DNA from: Acanthaster planci
Taxonomy: Eukaryota
DNA: 64,000 nucleotides
Direction of reading: 5' to 3'
Assembly: GCF_001949145.1 (NCBI RefSeq)
Contig: NW_019091355.1
Location: 305,720-369,719 of the forward strand
Part shown: piece by piece, positions 1-13,768 of the stretch
Layout: the number at the start of each line of letters is the position of its first letter
Position numbering within the stretch: the stretch's first letter is position 1
The notes under the pieces: model-generated
What the model saw: only the letters and a program-made list of their open reading frames with translations
Told to the model about the DNA's origin: nothing
The model's database searches: none
Translations under genes and position numbers: made by a program

Positions 1-3000
1 AAACAAACCCAGCTCACCAGCAAGCTGCATGGTACATACTGGTATGTTGATGTTTTTGTTTGCATTTTGCCACTTTACTAACTGCACATTAGTGGAGTGT
101 ACCCTAATTGAACAAGTGGACTCCTCAGAGCCTTATTCCAACATCAGTCCATTTGTAGAGCAAGGCCTCCCCCCATGGTCCATCCTTGCAAGAGTAAAAT
201 AACTTGTGATCCTTAACGCACTCTGGCCCGGATACTGTGTACATAATACACAATAATATTAAGCATTCTTTACAGGGCAGCTACTTCTGAGACCAGAACT
301 TAATCCCTTGGCAAGTTGCCTGAAAGTTGGATTGTGCTTGCGCAGGTAATCTAGCATTACAGGTGCACAATACCACGAAGCCAGAGAAGCGTGTTTATTT
401 GTACTATTGTGTGGTATCCACAACCAACACTTACATTATGGTATTTATGTACAGTGTACATTGTACACTACACATTGGATCACATGGTGAATCAATCTCT
501 ATGGAGATCCCTCTCAATGCTCTTCTGAGCACTAAACTGGCAATCCCTGGAACTCCTGTGAATTGTGGATCTATAATTGTGTAGTTGACCAATAACCAAA
601 TAAATTCTTTGACATGGAAGTATTTAAAAAATATGTTTGATACTTCAATACTAATGAATGCTGACTTTAAGTAGGCAATGTTCATTTCTGGTGTTTGCCT
701 TCCAGACCACCAATGCTTAGGGCATACATGTTCAGCAAAAAGTAACTTCACAGAAGTATCAAAAAGTACACAGTACACAATGACAGTCACATTTGTTACT
801 AGGAATATACATGTTCTAGTACCGGTTCAAGTACATGAAGATATCATTGGGACCAAAAACATTAGGGAGACAAAACTGTGTCCCAATGACTAGGTTCCGA
901 CTTTCTTAACAGAAACTGTCCCCTAAATATGGAGAAGGCCTACCCACCTCTACTGCCTACATGTACATGAAATAGACTCACAAAAATCAGTTTTTTTATA
1001 GTCTGGGATAAGGATGCAACAAAAAAATCAAGCTAAACAAACAACATGTACTGGCACTTTGAAAGCTGAGCTTTCATTCAGTGAAGTGTGAAGATTAACT
1101 TGGCAACACCACTCCATATACATGTAAACCCTATTAAACACTTGTCAGTTAATTGATTTCTGGGCCACTCAAAAGAAAACTAAATCCGTTTCATTCACAG
1201 TTGAGGGATTTCTTCCCAGGCATTTGTGAAGTCCAGTTGAAAAGATATTTCAAGCTTGTCTGGTTGCCAATACACATTATTCCAACCTAATCATGCATCA
1301 GTATTATTTCAAAGGAGCCTGTTGGCAGTGGTTGGGTGCATCCCCCCATGTGGGTATTGTCCATGTACCTGTACATGTACATGTAGTGTGTACTCCAGAA
1401 AGGGTTCAATTTCATGTTTATGACTTTCAAAGGAAAACAACTTCACTGTTCCAAGAAGTTTGTAATCTTCCATGTGCTTACAAGGATATAAAGGCTGAAC
1501 GTTTAGCACAATGTTAACTTCCCCAATCCAACAGGTACATGTAACATGAGATCAGGTGTATCTACTGGTAACTACATGTACATGTAAATCATATTGAAAT
1601 CAGAGGGTTTCAGACTGTTAGGGATGTGCTGCAATCAGCACAAGAGAAAAATTGAACATCCTTAATGTACTGTCACTTTATCACAAAGAAACTCTAGATC
1701 TATACATTTACATGTAAAAGAGTTTTCCAGAAATTATATTTAATTTAATAGTGGAGCGAGATTTTGTAAATCACCATTTCAGGTTTCCACATTTTGACAT
1801 TTGTACTAAGTTGTAGCTTTACAGTTCTACTTGGAATGGTTATAAATATCAGTCGGCATTTTCAACATCAGACTTTTCCCTAAGCGAATTATTCTCAATG
1901 AGAACATTACAACAGAAGTAATCACTTGCACTGTAAACATCAATACATTACTGGCATGCCATCTAATAAATTACCTTTTTATTAAAGTACATTTTTAAGT
2001 ACTACTAAAAATGTCTCCATATGAAGAGTTATGTTCCATTCACATCTCCCCAACTACCAGGATTTAATGGTTTTATTTCTGCATCACATGCCACTTCTTT
2101 TACAGTTTTAGGCTACTTGAGCTATTTTAGTAGAAAAACCCAAGAACTTGCCAAATGTAATAAACATAAACAAGCAAAACAGCAATTTGAGGCAGAATTC
2201 AACACTGAGAATGCGCAGATCCATGTGAAAAGTCCTGCCTACCCCAGCTACAGCATCAATCAGTAACCTGTTTGACAGGAATATGCAACTGTTAGGGTTC
2301 TAGAAGCAAATAATGTCTACAGTAGCTAGAAGCACTGTGGTTGGGAATGAAGCCATTTGTATCACCCTTATGTTAATTACTGCTAAAGCAGAGGTCCCAG
2401 TATGCCTGGGATATTTATTAGAGAACCAGGTCTCACCACGTCTAACCCAAAAAAGCTTATTGGGAGCAAGGCAACTAGTAGATCCCCAAGCCTTAGTGGT
2501 AATCACCTGCACTGTTTTTTCTCATCCAAACAAAAATGATCACAAACTGCAAGTCTTGAAGTACATGTAAGTTGGGAAAAAAATCAAGAGAGCTTACATA
2601 TTATGTATCTGCAGGGTACAGGCACTGCTTAGGGTTAAAAACTGATCCTGCATTGAATCGTGATTCTTCTGTGCTGACATCAGTTACCAAAATATTCAAA
2701 ATCATTTCAAGAGGGCATACAGGATCACTTCCAAGACAGTCTGCATTGTGCTAGACCTACTGTCCATAACATTAGCATTAAATTTTGTCCCTACCTACAT
2801 GTACATAACTCACTTACAGTGATGTTCAGGTTAGGAAATCGTTGGCAGGGCTAAAGCCAATGGGATGCATGTTCCATGATCAAACAGGCCGATAGGTGCT
2901 CTTGCTTGAAACAGGGGCAGCCCTGGCATCCGCCCTTTTCTCTAACAATGTCCCTCATGGACTCACTAGAGAATTTGATGAATTGGTTTATGGGGAAAAT

Positions 3001-5763
3001 CTGGCATGTAGCCTTGTGCTTAAAAAATTTGATTTCAAAAGGGACACAAAACCCTGACTGAAAAAAATGAGCTTTTGGATAAGTTTACCTTTCCTAGAGA
3101 TGAATCTCTCAGTAGTTGTATTTTTCATACCTGTCCACACATGCAGGTGTTAGATACACGTGCCAATCACAAATACCGTGTCTGATATTCTCACTTGGTC
3201 TTTATTCACCAAGTCATTTACTTCCACGCAAGTGGATGAAGTGGTTTAGAGAGTATTAGAGTATAGTTAGGTATGTACATGTACGTGGAGTTAAACATTC
3301 CACATTTGTAATGGGAATTGTTTCATTAACACTTCCACAGCTACTAAAGGCCTCTTGTTTGTGAACATGTGTATGTGATGGGTTTTAGCAAAAAGTGCAA
3401 AATGAAGCCAATCTCTTGTCTCATTTCAAGCTGTGTCACATTCATCTTGTGTAACGGTCTCTAGGTAACAACAGTACCTGTGCATTTATCTGTTGCTATA
3501 GTTGCTAGGTAACAACAATCAATACATAAATTTTATGCAAAGATTTCTAAAGCCCTGTGGAAAGCATGTTGGTAACTTCACTACAGAAGGAACAAACTCA
3601 ATGAAGCTTATCTGCCTTTGAACTCATTTTTGACTCTTTCAATGAAACCGCATACATGTACATGTACAGGTGCACATCTGTTACACTACTGGTACACTTG
3701 TAAATAAAAATAGATTGCGAATTAACATCTTATGATGTCATCTTTTTAAAATAAGTTGAAATCATTCAGTTCACTGAAAACATGTAGGTCCTTTAATTAC
3801 ATGTAACTCCACATTTTCAAACTTATTCATGCTTGTGAAAGTTGATAGGCTTGAGTTAGTCATGAATTTGGGAGAAAAGATGCGCCTCACAACTGGCCAA
3901 AATACACATACATGTATGGTAATTTTTACCATGCAGAACATGTACAGTGCCAACTGCCATGTTGAAGTGTTGGCATTGTTGAAGGGACATGTAAATTTGT
4001 CTCTTTTTTTAGTACATGTACCTCTCCAACACTGTTACCAACATTCTTGGTTCATTTCTGAAAAAAGCCTCATTACTCCGAGAGTGTTCGTGGGCAGAAG
4101 AGAAGTGGAAGTTAGTTAAATATTGATTTCTGCTGTTTTACTGGCTCCAAAAGTCTAGCAATAGCTGCATATCACAGCAACTCAACAACTTATGTCAACA
4201 AATAATGGAACCTAAATTGTTTGTACTTTAAACCAGCCATGCACAGTGATGAACTATGCACAGGCTTACAAATACTGGTACCAAACCATGACAAAGAACA
4301 AAGGAAGCAAACAATTGACTTTGTTTATTCAATTTGATTGCATGAATTTCATAGCTGTAGGGAGAATTTTTTTCATGTGCTACTGTCCTGCTGTTATCTA
4401 TGAACAATGATAGTTGCCAAGGTATGATAAATACTTACAAAATAATGCACACTGTAAACAAATTAATCTCATCCTTGTTCCAAGTGTCAGCTCTTCCTGA
4501 TATGATTGTGGAAGGTCTTTTGGTGTATGTACATGTACATGTAGCTCCACTGAATTACTTACTGCTTGATATGTACCGTACACAACAAAACATAGGCCTT
4601 AAATTTAGTAATTTCAATTTGGTAGCCCACATGAACATGTATGCTGAGGAACTGTTGGACCTTGGAGATTAAAGGAGCCTGTGGCTAGCACAGTATCAAA
4701 TGAGCATTTCATAAACAATTCTTACTTCTTAGAGCCTAAGATTAAGAAATATTAGCCAAATTTTTCAAGTGTTTATTTATAGCAGCCCCCACTGACCTGC
4801 ATTGGTCTCCCACAGTGTTCGACACTGGCAAGAGAAAAAAGACCAGCTTTCCAATTCGAAAGATATAATGATCTCTTCCAATTTCAATTGAACTTTGATT
4901 TTTGCTTGGAGTGTTGGTGATTTATAGTCGTTTACAAGCAACAGCCAAAAATTACAAACTACAATTGAAACTGTGGACTTCCTACACTTGGTGGGCTCAT
5001 TAAGGACCAAGGTTACATTTTTTGGTTGCTAAACTGCATGCCATACGTGTAACGGTATCTTAGTGATGATCAACACAGTGTAGAAACATTCAAGTTGATT
5101 CCAAACTTGTAGCGTTAATCACTGCAACTTGGACTGCCTGCTATCAGGACTGCTTTTTTCTTTGCCGCTGTTGCTGTATACTAAATACTGCAACACTTTC
5201 ACCATCTGATGGTACATGTATTGCTGTATCAAAGTTACTCACTCTGATGTTACAAGCATTCATGACATCTATTCTTAAAACTTAGTTTGTTTTTCTCTAT
5301 GCGGTAGGCTAAATGGTTTGTTTTCAATTTAAAAATGAACCCTTACTCTTTACCTTCACACCATCCTAGTGAATAAAGCATCGGAAAAGACACCCTTTCC
5401 TCAATTCCTTCGATCAAAATACGTCTGCATTGCTGGTTGGAGTCAGCGTAATTAAGCTAAACCAGAAACCATAATCTGTCCCTAGAAACCTGCACTGATA
5501 CTCAGCACAATACTGTCAGATCAACATGATCAATAAACATAAGCAAGCTGTTTTTAGTTACGTTCAAACTGAGATGGGTGCTTGAAATACACAGCTGTGG
5601 TTAACCCATGTTCTACCCAAAAGAAAATTTAACACTGTTTAGACCCTTCTCATGGCAGTGAGTCAGTAGTTATAAAACAATCAGATTTTCAACATCCAAA
5701 AAGTAAAGAACAAAAGTACTGAGCATGTACAGTGTACATGTACTGCAGAAAAGTGGAGCCTGT

Positions 5764-6432
5764 AGCTATAAAATTATGAATAACATTATTAACGTCAATG
5801 CTATTAATAAATTTCTTCCTGCTGCACAAAGTGGCCGAAATGATCATAGCTTGAAATTAATTATTCCTCTTGCTAAAACTGATTGTCTCAAATATTCTTA
5901 TTTTGTCCAGTCAGCTAGGGCATGCAATAACCTGCCCCACATGGTCATTGATAGTCCCTCTCTGATTATCTGTAAATCGTCGCTCCAATCTCATCTTATC
6001 ATGTAACTGTTTATTTCTTTTTTTTGTTTTAATTTTTGTACTATGCATTTTATGTGTTTTCTTGCTGTTTTGGTTTTGTGCTTACATTCAGTATGTTTTA
6101 AGACTTTTTACGTTATTCCTGCTAACTTTTTCAGTTGATTAGTCCCTTTCTTGTTGTCACTTATCGTTACTGTTTTGAATGTTTTGGCAATTTTATTGGT
6201 CTATATTTTAGTTGTGGTTTTATATGTGTCTGTACTATCCTTTTTGCCTAGTTTGCATAGTTTTATTTGGTTTTTAGTTTCAGCTCTTAGCTTTTTTAGT
6301 TCTTTGTATGTGTACAGCGTTTTTTCTTTTATCTTTAATCGTTTATCATTTTATCCATGGAGTGATTTTAGAAGGACCTTGAGGTCTTGTTCACGATCCT
6401 TGACATGGTAAAAATTAATAATAATAACAACA
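5764..6432 (+). mobile_element. 3' remnant of a non-LTR retrotransposon (CR1/L2-like ORF2 C-terminus plus T-rich tail)
   Basis: Translation YKIMNNII...RNDHSLKLIIPLAKTDCLKYSYFVQSARACNNLP...SLIICKSSL resembles the RxH..P..rT...K.SFF.R....WN.LP C-terminal motif of CR1/L2-group ORF2. It is followed by a T-rich region ending in an (AAT)n-like tail at about 6415-6432. Confidence 0.6.
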
Positions 6433-6757
6433 ATTTACTTCCTTTTTGACAAATTCTTCCACAGCTGTGACTTAGAAAAGGTGATTGGCTGATGACGAAC
6501 GCATTAACACACTACGCCACTCTGTACAGATTGATTGATAATACCATGCAATAAGAATCCATGTTCACATATTAAGATCTGGAAATTACAGCACCATTTT
6601 TAATGGTTGACTAATAAAATGGGTCAGTTAGGAATTTGTGCTAAACTCACCAGACCTACATGTACATGTACTTCAGTCTACCGTATGTGTCCTGTTATTT
6701 AGCCACCAGTATTCAACAGAATAAAAACAAAAGCATACTGTAAGCCTGAGCATAAAC

Positions 6758-7295
6758 AGGCCAATTCCTATGCAAGCCAATTCATACCAGTCTATGACCA
6801 ACTCATGCACAGATTGGCCAACTTGCACACATGCCTGCAGCACATGTACATGTGCCAACTCATACACAAACCAACTCGTATGTAAACAAACTCGTATGTG
6901 GACTGAAACTCTGATTCAACCAAAGCAAGCTCTACATATATTTACTTTACCATACACATGTAATGATGTAGCTCTTGTTCGACCAAAAATGGTAATTTAA
7001 TACTTTTAGTAGGCCTACATGTACTCTTGTAGATACAAGTACATGTACAACAAAAAGGGTACTCTCTACACGTTAGCTGGCGCAGGGAAAATATAAACTT
7101 CTTATTTTTAATTACTGATAAGTTTAAAGTTAAATCATTAAAAAGCATGTACCGTACATGTGAACTTCCAAATGGATTTTTAAATGTACATGTAGGCCTA
7201 ACAACTTAACAGCGTATGAGTTGGTTGGCAAACAAGCTGGTCAGCGTATGAGTTTGCATGGTAGGTGTATACGAGTTGACTTGCACAAATTTGGC
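6758..7295. mobile_element. Non-autonomous DNA element with long imperfect inverted arms built from CCAACTC(A/G)TA subrepeats
   Basis: Left arm ggccaattcctatgcaagccaattcatacc...gccaactcatac...ccaactcgtatg (6759-6900) mirrors right arm cgtatgagttgg...gtatacgagttgacttgcacaaatttggcc (7214-7295). Confidence 0.55.
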
Positions 7296-7334
7296 CCAAG
7301 CCTGGAAAGAAAAAAAATGTCCATATGTGGACAA

Positions 7335-7929
7335 CACTAATTTTCCCAGCGGTCCTAAAAANNNNNNNNNNNNNNNNNNNNNNNNNNNNNNNNNNNNNNN
7401 NNNNNNNNNNNNNNNNNNNNNNNNNNNNNNNNNNNNNNNNNNNNNNNNNNNNNNNNNNNNNNNNNNNNNNNNNNNNNNNNNNNNNNNNNNNNNNNNNNNN
7501 NNNNNNNNNNNNNNNNNNNNNNNNNNNNNNNNNNNNNNNNNNNNNNNNNNNNNNNNNNNNNNNNNNNNNNNNNNNNNNNNNNNNNNNNNNNNNNNNNNNN
7601 NNNNNNNNNNNNNNNNNNNNNNNNNNNNNNNNNNNNNNNNNNNNNNNNNNNNNNNNNNNNNNNNNNNNNNNNNNNNNNNNNNNNNNNNNNNNNNNNNNNN
7701 NNNNNNNNNNNNNNNNNNNNNNNNNNNNNNNNNNNNNNNNNNNNNNNNNNNNNNNNNNNNNNNNNNNNNNNNNNNNNNNNNNNNNNNNNNNNNNNNNNNN
7801 NNNNNNNNNNNNNAGGACCTCAAGTGTTTTCCGTACAAGTAAGGCACTCTCGCCCAAGCAAAATTCAGAATTATTCAGGGCAAACTTCAGAATTATCCCG
7901 GGCAAACTTCAGAATTAGGCCTAGTAGTG
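7335..7929. mobile_element. CACTA/EnSpm-like non-autonomous element spanning the assembly gap
   Basis: Begins CACTAattttccc (7335) and ends ...gggcaaacttcagaattag...TAGTG (7929). ggtcct/aggacc inverted motifs flank the gap, and gggcaaacttcagaatta is duplicated in tandem near the right end. Confidence 0.45.
7362..7813. other. Assembly gap (452 N)
   Basis: Run of n characters. Confidence 0.99.
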
Positions 7930-7994
7930 TAATTAAATGAAAGAAAAAACAGGCCTAGCAAGGCACAGGCCTAGCAAGGCCTAGGCCTACTCAC

Positions 7995-8520
7995 ATTTCC
8001 ATTCTGTCCAAGGACAGAATATTTCTGTTTCTTGTCTTCTTGCCTGCCATGATGTGGCCTTTCATGACCGTTGTTTTATCAGCAACGATGCAGCAACACC
8101 ACCTTCATTTTCTAATCAGACCAAAAATTACATGTCATTTGTTCGTGATTTGTTCGTGAATTCTGGCCTGAAATGAAAAGGCTCACAAGCAGACAAAGGC
8201 AAGCAACATCCGGAGGACCAAAAAGTTCCCTGGAGTATTTCAGAGACTGTGAGGAATCCCCAGGTGTTGCTAACGGCGTTCATTAATCAACAACCAACAT
8301 AGATGCAATCGACCGGCATCAGGCATTCCCAGGCGGCTAAGTCCCCATTGCTTGGCTGAATCACGAACTCCGTTTGCAACGTTCGCTGCGCGCTGTGCGG
8401 ACACCGGAGCGGCGTTGTAACTGCGGTTACCGTCAGAACGGCTGTAGAATTGTCCAAACCAGCCGTTTCCAACTCCAACGAAGCCCACAGTTAGCCACCT
8501 GGCAGGTACTCAGCGAAAAT
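7995..8520 (-). other. Probable first exon (5'UTR, possibly with a short coding start) of an unidentified leftward gene
   Basis: Strong minus-strand donor GAAAT|GTGAGTAG at about 7994. An open stretch MKGHIMAGKKTRNRNILSLDRME runs into it, and the segment lies inside a CpG-rich island. No recognisable downstream coding exon found in 1-7300. Confidence 0.3.
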
Positions 8521-8960
8521 CATGGCCAATGAAATGTGGAAGTCACATGGGGAAAGAAAAAAAACAAAGTTTAACCCGGTCCGGTAACTCACACTTCGAA
8601 GTCAAGAAAGTACACAAACCCAACACAAAATGGCGGATATGGAGTCGCGCGGGACCACAATGCAACGCGCGGTTGGCTGGGAGACACAAGTGCATGCAGG
8701 GCGCTGGCGCATGCGGCCGGCCGTGTACGTGTGCGCGTGCCATCGGGCCGGAAACGGAATGACTTCTAAAAATTTATGTTGCAATTTTAGAGAACTGTAA
8801 AAACAAGCAAACAAACAATTCCATGTACACAAAAAAATGAGGTACGTGTAAGGTAAGTTTCGCATTGGAAAATTTGTCAGTTATTGCGACCTGATGACTC
8901 CGTAGCGTGGTGCTGCCAGTGGCTTGAGTGGCGCTTCGCGCGCGCCGCCGCACCGTTCAT
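8270..8960. promoter_or_regulatory. CpG-rich promoter-like island
   Basis: Sharp rise in CG dinucleotides against a CpG-poor flank. YY1-like CAAAATGGCGG at about 8626-8636, NRF1-like GCGCATGCG at about 8707-8715, ETS-like CCGGAAA at about 8748. Confidence 0.5.
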
Positions 8961-9177
8961 GAGGGGAGGGGCAGGGAATGCAAGTTGCCCTCTCCCTGGA
9001 TACCCTGTTTTACGATTTGTTCTCTATAGTTTAACAGGAATTGAAAGTACAGGTACTATCACATCTGATCTTCGTCTTTCGAAATTTTTAACAGGTGAAA
9101 AAATTTAAGACAGTCATTTTTTTTTAATCAAATTCTAAATCCCCCTTGGCCCAAGACCTGGATAGCCTGCGCCACTG
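8917..9177. mobile_element. Degenerate MITE with CAGTGGC...GCCACTG termini (hAT-like)
   Basis: Terminal inverted CAGTGGC/GCCACTG with G-rich left and C-rich right subtermini. No clear TSD. Confidence 0.35.
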
Positions 9178-9324
9178 AGAGCAATATTAATATGAAAGTT
9201 GGAAGACTATTAACCACACCGTCGTACGTTGTTTCAAAACCAATTCAAACAAAACTATGATTACAAATATTTTGTAAACACTTAGTTTTGGTGGTGTGAA
9301 ACTATGAACAAGAGTTTGCTCTGA

Positions 9325-9905
9325 GGGGCCGTCCATAATTTTCATCATTTCATACAAAAAATAGACTTTTCACCACCCCTCCCCCCTAACACCAGCGGGC
9401 ATGATGATGGATGGAGAGCTCCATTGGCCATACATTTAAGTATTGTGGTTAGCAGAATATAATTTTCAAATGAAAGATTTTTAAAACAACACATGCACTC
9501 TCTAAATTGCAAAGAGTGAAAATTCGCTCTATCCGAGTGAAAATTCACCTCGATTGAAATTAAGGACCAGACGAATTGGACTCTGGAGTGAAATTTCTTC
9601 ACTCCAGAAGATTGAAATTTCACTCGAGCTTCCACTCGAAGGGGCTATTTTCAGCCTTTTTCAGTCTAAATTCAGAGTGATTTTTCACTCTAAAATGTCT
9701 TGTCCCTACATAATTTCAATCTTTCAATACTAGTAGAGGATAGAACAGAACTTGGGTATAAGCGGTGCAGAGTTGCCTAGCAACATCCGCAAAATTACGT
9801 ACGTTGACGGATCATCATTTTTCACATTCAGGACTAGAGCGTACTGGAGGTCTTTAACACCTGCCCCGTACGGTTTTTGCGCCGGTGAAAATGATGGACG
9901 GCCCT
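9325..9905. mobile_element. PIF/Harbinger-like MITE with a nested CACT-initiated palindromic element (about 9496-9695)
   Basis: TIRs ggggccgtccat (9325-9336) and atggacggccct (9894-9905). Inside are repeated gagtgaaa...ttcactc units starting at cactctctaaa (about 9496). Confidence 0.45.
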
Positions 9906-10492
9906 AACATGCGCCCATTAATGCCTAGCGTTTTTAGTGTAGAATTTTATTCCTTTAAGAGAGTGAAGAAGCGAGTAGCGTAGCAGAGCGGGGTGCAGGG
10001 TGATTGTGGGGAACGGGCAGCTTGTAAAAAACATACCTGGAGCCGGAGACGGGTTTAAAGTTATCGGCACGGCAACGGATAAGAAATGTAAAAACAGCCT
10101 GGGAGAAAAAGACGATAAAAACAAGACAATCATTAAAAAAAAAATTTCCCTATCAACTTTGTTTTTATTGCGCTTTCATAGGCTAATTTTGTAATTTAAG
10201 CGGGCGGGGAAGCAAAACTCTAGTTGTGTGCCTGGGAAAAGTCAAAGTGTAACACCCAGCTCAGATGCATTTAGGTCGAGGTCTGCAAAACCAATGCAAA
10301 TCACCGTTGAGGGCGCCCTTTAATTTTACAGTCATCCACAATGTCCTGCACGTACACATGTACATATGTACACGTAATCACACGTGTCGAAGTGAAGTTG
10401 CGCCGGTGTGGCGGGTCTTACACATGATCTTTGCTCCACAATAAGTGCTATCTGTGGGCCTGATCTGTTCGTCTTGTTAATCGTCAATAATT

Positions 10493-13454
10493 ATGGAACC
10501 ATCACTTAGGAAAAGAGATCGATCCACTACGAAAACACAGCAGGAACAGGCGCAGTCCCTATCGAAGAAGTCGAGCCAAATTAAAGGCTTCCGTTTGAAG
10601 TATGTGATTTTCTTCCTTGGTGTGCTGTTCGGAGCGATATTCTTGGGAACTTACTTTCTACTCGGTGCAGTCGGTATTGGTCACGACACACTCAGCGACA
10701 TTTTGTCATCGCAAGGTAGCTTTGTAAGAGGAGATGAATTAAGTCGTGGTAGAGATGAGTTAAATCGTGGAAAACCAGATGACCCAATTTCTGCAGATGT
10801 AAAACCTGTGCAAAAGCAGTCCAGTGCATTATCATTGCCCACAATTGTTTGGTGGACAGACAAGTTGTTCCCTCATTTTCAAGGTAAAAATACTGTTAAG
10901 ATTGAATGCGAGCCAAGTCAGGGTGGACAGGGGACATGTCTTGTCACAACAGATAAAAGTGTTTTGTCTGACCCTCTAGCAAGGGGTGTGATGTTCTATG
11001 GGAGTGACTTTCGAGCCTATGAAGCCCCATTGCCACGGTTACCATGGCATGAGTGGGCCGTCATTCATGAAGAATCGCCATTGAACAACCAGATTTTTTC
11101 TCATGCTGTAATGATGTCACAGTTCAATCACACATCAACATTTCGACGGGAGTCACACTATCCAATTACAACTCAACACATCAAATCACTTGATTACCTT
11201 ACTGAACGTCAACCAGTTCCCATCAGCATGAAAAATAAACACCGGGAAACACTTGCTCCTATTGCATATATTCAGACACACTGTAACGTTCCTTCAGACC
11301 GAGACCGCTATGTAAAAGAGTTAATGAAATACATTGATGTTGATTCGTATGGGAAGTGTGTAAACAACAAAAAACTCCCAGAAAATCTGCAAGATCCTGT
11401 TGAATCAATGGATGCCAAGGAATTCTATGATTTCATCGCGAGGTACAAATTCCATTTAGCATTTGAAAATGGGATCTGCGAGGATTACATCACAGAAAAG
11501 TTGATCCGTCCATTTCATGTTGGATGTGTTCCAATCTACAGGGGGTCTCCATCCGTCAGAGATTGGATACCAGACAATCATTCCATCATTTTAGTGGATA
11601 ATTTTCAATCGCCAAAGGAGCTTGCTGAGTTCATCAAACGTTTGGACAAGAACGATAAGGAATACCTGAAATATCTGGAATTTAAAAACAAAGGAATTAG
11701 CAATCAGTTATTAAGGTATTATTTCATACCAATTGTGTATTATATGAAGTAGTAAGATTGCAATTGTAACTTCCATAAGTGCTTCAAACTGTAGTAGAGT
11801 TGAAGTCCCAACAAAACTTATGTGGAACCAGTGAAAACATCTTGCTATAGTGGGTCCTTATTGAGTTTTGTTTTATTTAGTCATTGTTATTGAAAGGGAA
11901 TTTCTACAAACCATTTTATTCTTCTCTGAATGTAGCAATTTTACCTCCTTATAATTGAAACATAAAATGAACTTTACCAAAATGTGTACACTTCAGTGGG
12001 AGACTGAGATGCTGGTGACAGCATACATACCGGTCCATTTTCAAGGTTTTGCTCAGAACTATGTGGGCATGCTCAGAACAATGTGCACGTGCTCAGAACT
12101 AGGAAAAAGGACCGGTATGTTTGTCGCCACTGAGTCTCCTGTTGAGCAGCTCAGAGATAGAAAAGTCTAAGCCTATTAAAATATTTCCAAACTGTCTAAA
12201 TATTGTAAGAAAAATGCCATATTAAAATACCTTTATACTTTCTAATATATTTCACTCAAGTTCTCAGTCATCCCACCTTCAAAGTAGTCAACCCCCAATC
12301 TCTTTTTTTTTTTTGGAGGGGGGGTTGAATACATTGTATCTGTTTTATATAATACTGCAAAATACTTTTTTCATTCAGACATACTGTTGAACGACGGGTA
12401 TGGGGCGTGAATGACTGGCGCAAACCCAGCTTCATCAATGCCTTTGAGTGCTACCTCTGTGAACGCATCGTTGAGAGAGTTGAAGCAGAGAGGGCCCACG
12501 AGAGAGATCCATCCATCCCCCTCCTTCCACCCAGGGTTGCTGACGGTAACCATGCGGGATGCCCAGAGCCTAGTGTTTCACTTGGTGACATGAGTGGAGT
12601 AGGTCGAGGAGAGGAGTGAGTAAACACATTAGAATTCAAACAATAATTTGTTGTGGAGGTGAATTCATTTGGGCCTGGACTCCCCTTAGTGACTTAGAGC
12701 TTATATAAATGCATTCATGGACAGAATGCTATAGTACCCACTTATGTAGGGAAGGAAGGGAGGGGGGAGCAGATGGTAATATGCAGGAGAAAAGCTAAAA
12801 ATGCTTTTAAAAAATACTCCATTTGACAGCCACTGTGAGTAAGTGCTGCTGGGGCAGGCACACAAGTTGAGTTCAAGTTGATCAACTTTTTCTGCTTTAG
12901 CCAGGTGCACTTGGCAGTCTTTCCAGGGGCACAGAATCCCTGCTGTTCTGGCAACATTCCAGACATGTTTGAACTTGCTAACCCTCCAACTGCCATCATG
13001 TATGAACTTATCAAATGTTCCTGCAGGAAATTCAGTACCAAATGACTGGAATGGAATGGTTCTTTACACATGTCAGCATGGAATATGCACCCCCCATTGA
13101 GTTGAAATTGTGCCTGACATCAGCCGTTATACACTGTATGCAGTGCATGCATTGCCTTCCTTAAATGGAAAGGACAGAGAAATTCTTCTTAGTTAAAATG
13201 GGTTCTGCATTACTACAAGTAGGCTTGCCTTATGTGTACATTCCAAAACAGACTACATTTGAAAGGGATTTTGTCACCCAAAATATTTATTTGATATTAT
13301 TGTTGACAGTATTCATTTCTGGAAGGAAGACTACTGGAGTTCCAAGGATCAAGCTTTAGCGTTGAAGAGAATGAGTGAACAAGGAGCTACAGATTCCTCC
13401 AAACTCTTTGAAGAATTGCAACGGATGTTTACGGAAGGAGCTCTCAGTAAATAA
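10493..13454 (+). CDS. FUT11: GT10 fucosyltransferase of the FUT10/FUT11 group (most like FUT11), about 534 aa
   Basis: Exons 10493-11715, 12379-12615 and 13310-13454 with GT-AG introns, both phase 2. Type II TM segment near the N-terminus. Motifs IVWWT, FYGSDF, HEESPLNN, FNHTSTFRRESHYP, QTHCNVPSDRDRYVKELMKYIDVDSYGKC, YKFHLAFENGICEDYITEKL, FECYLC, CPEP and C-terminal WKEDYW...DQALAL. Confidence 0.9.
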
Positions 13455-13572
13455 ATCTCGTCCTGATCCTCAGAGAGCCCACTAACTCCTCCAAGGTGCT
13501 GGAAATATTACAATAATTGTTTTTGCAATCCATATCAATGTCACCTGTGCATTTACTGGTGCCATCTCAAGG

Positions 13573-13768
13573 TTAACCACTTGCTGCCGGGTGGTTTGAA
13601 AAGTGCAGTGCACATAATCGGGACTTTTCTAAGATTTTCAGCTTCCAAATTCTTCATTTCAATTAATGGAAGTTTACATCCCCACAAATTATTGTCTGGT
13701 GGCCACTCTAGTCTGACAGACAAAATCTATTGACACCCAAGTGTTTCAGCCAGGCCTGCAGCCTTGTA
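13573..13768 (+). repeat. Dispersed repeat of about 200 bp, copy 1 (TTAACC terminus, piggyBac-like end)
   Basis: ttaaccacttgctgccgggtgg...ctattgacacccaagtgtttcagccaggcctgcagcctt is the reverse complement of 26060-26285. Confidence 0.7.

Noticed and set aside
6151..6411. Hydrophobic 86-aa ORF, and similar ORFs at 13872-14338
   Set aside because: Translation of T-rich, retroelement-tail-like DNA. No splice or motif support.
7198..7918. Long ORFs of 194-235 aa in the ORF track
   Set aside because: Artefacts of reading through the 452-N gap.
10731..10770. 21-bp duplication in the FUT11 stem (RGDELSRGRDELNRG), including an RGD
   Set aside because: Small duplication in a variable luminal stem region; the RGD is probably incidental.
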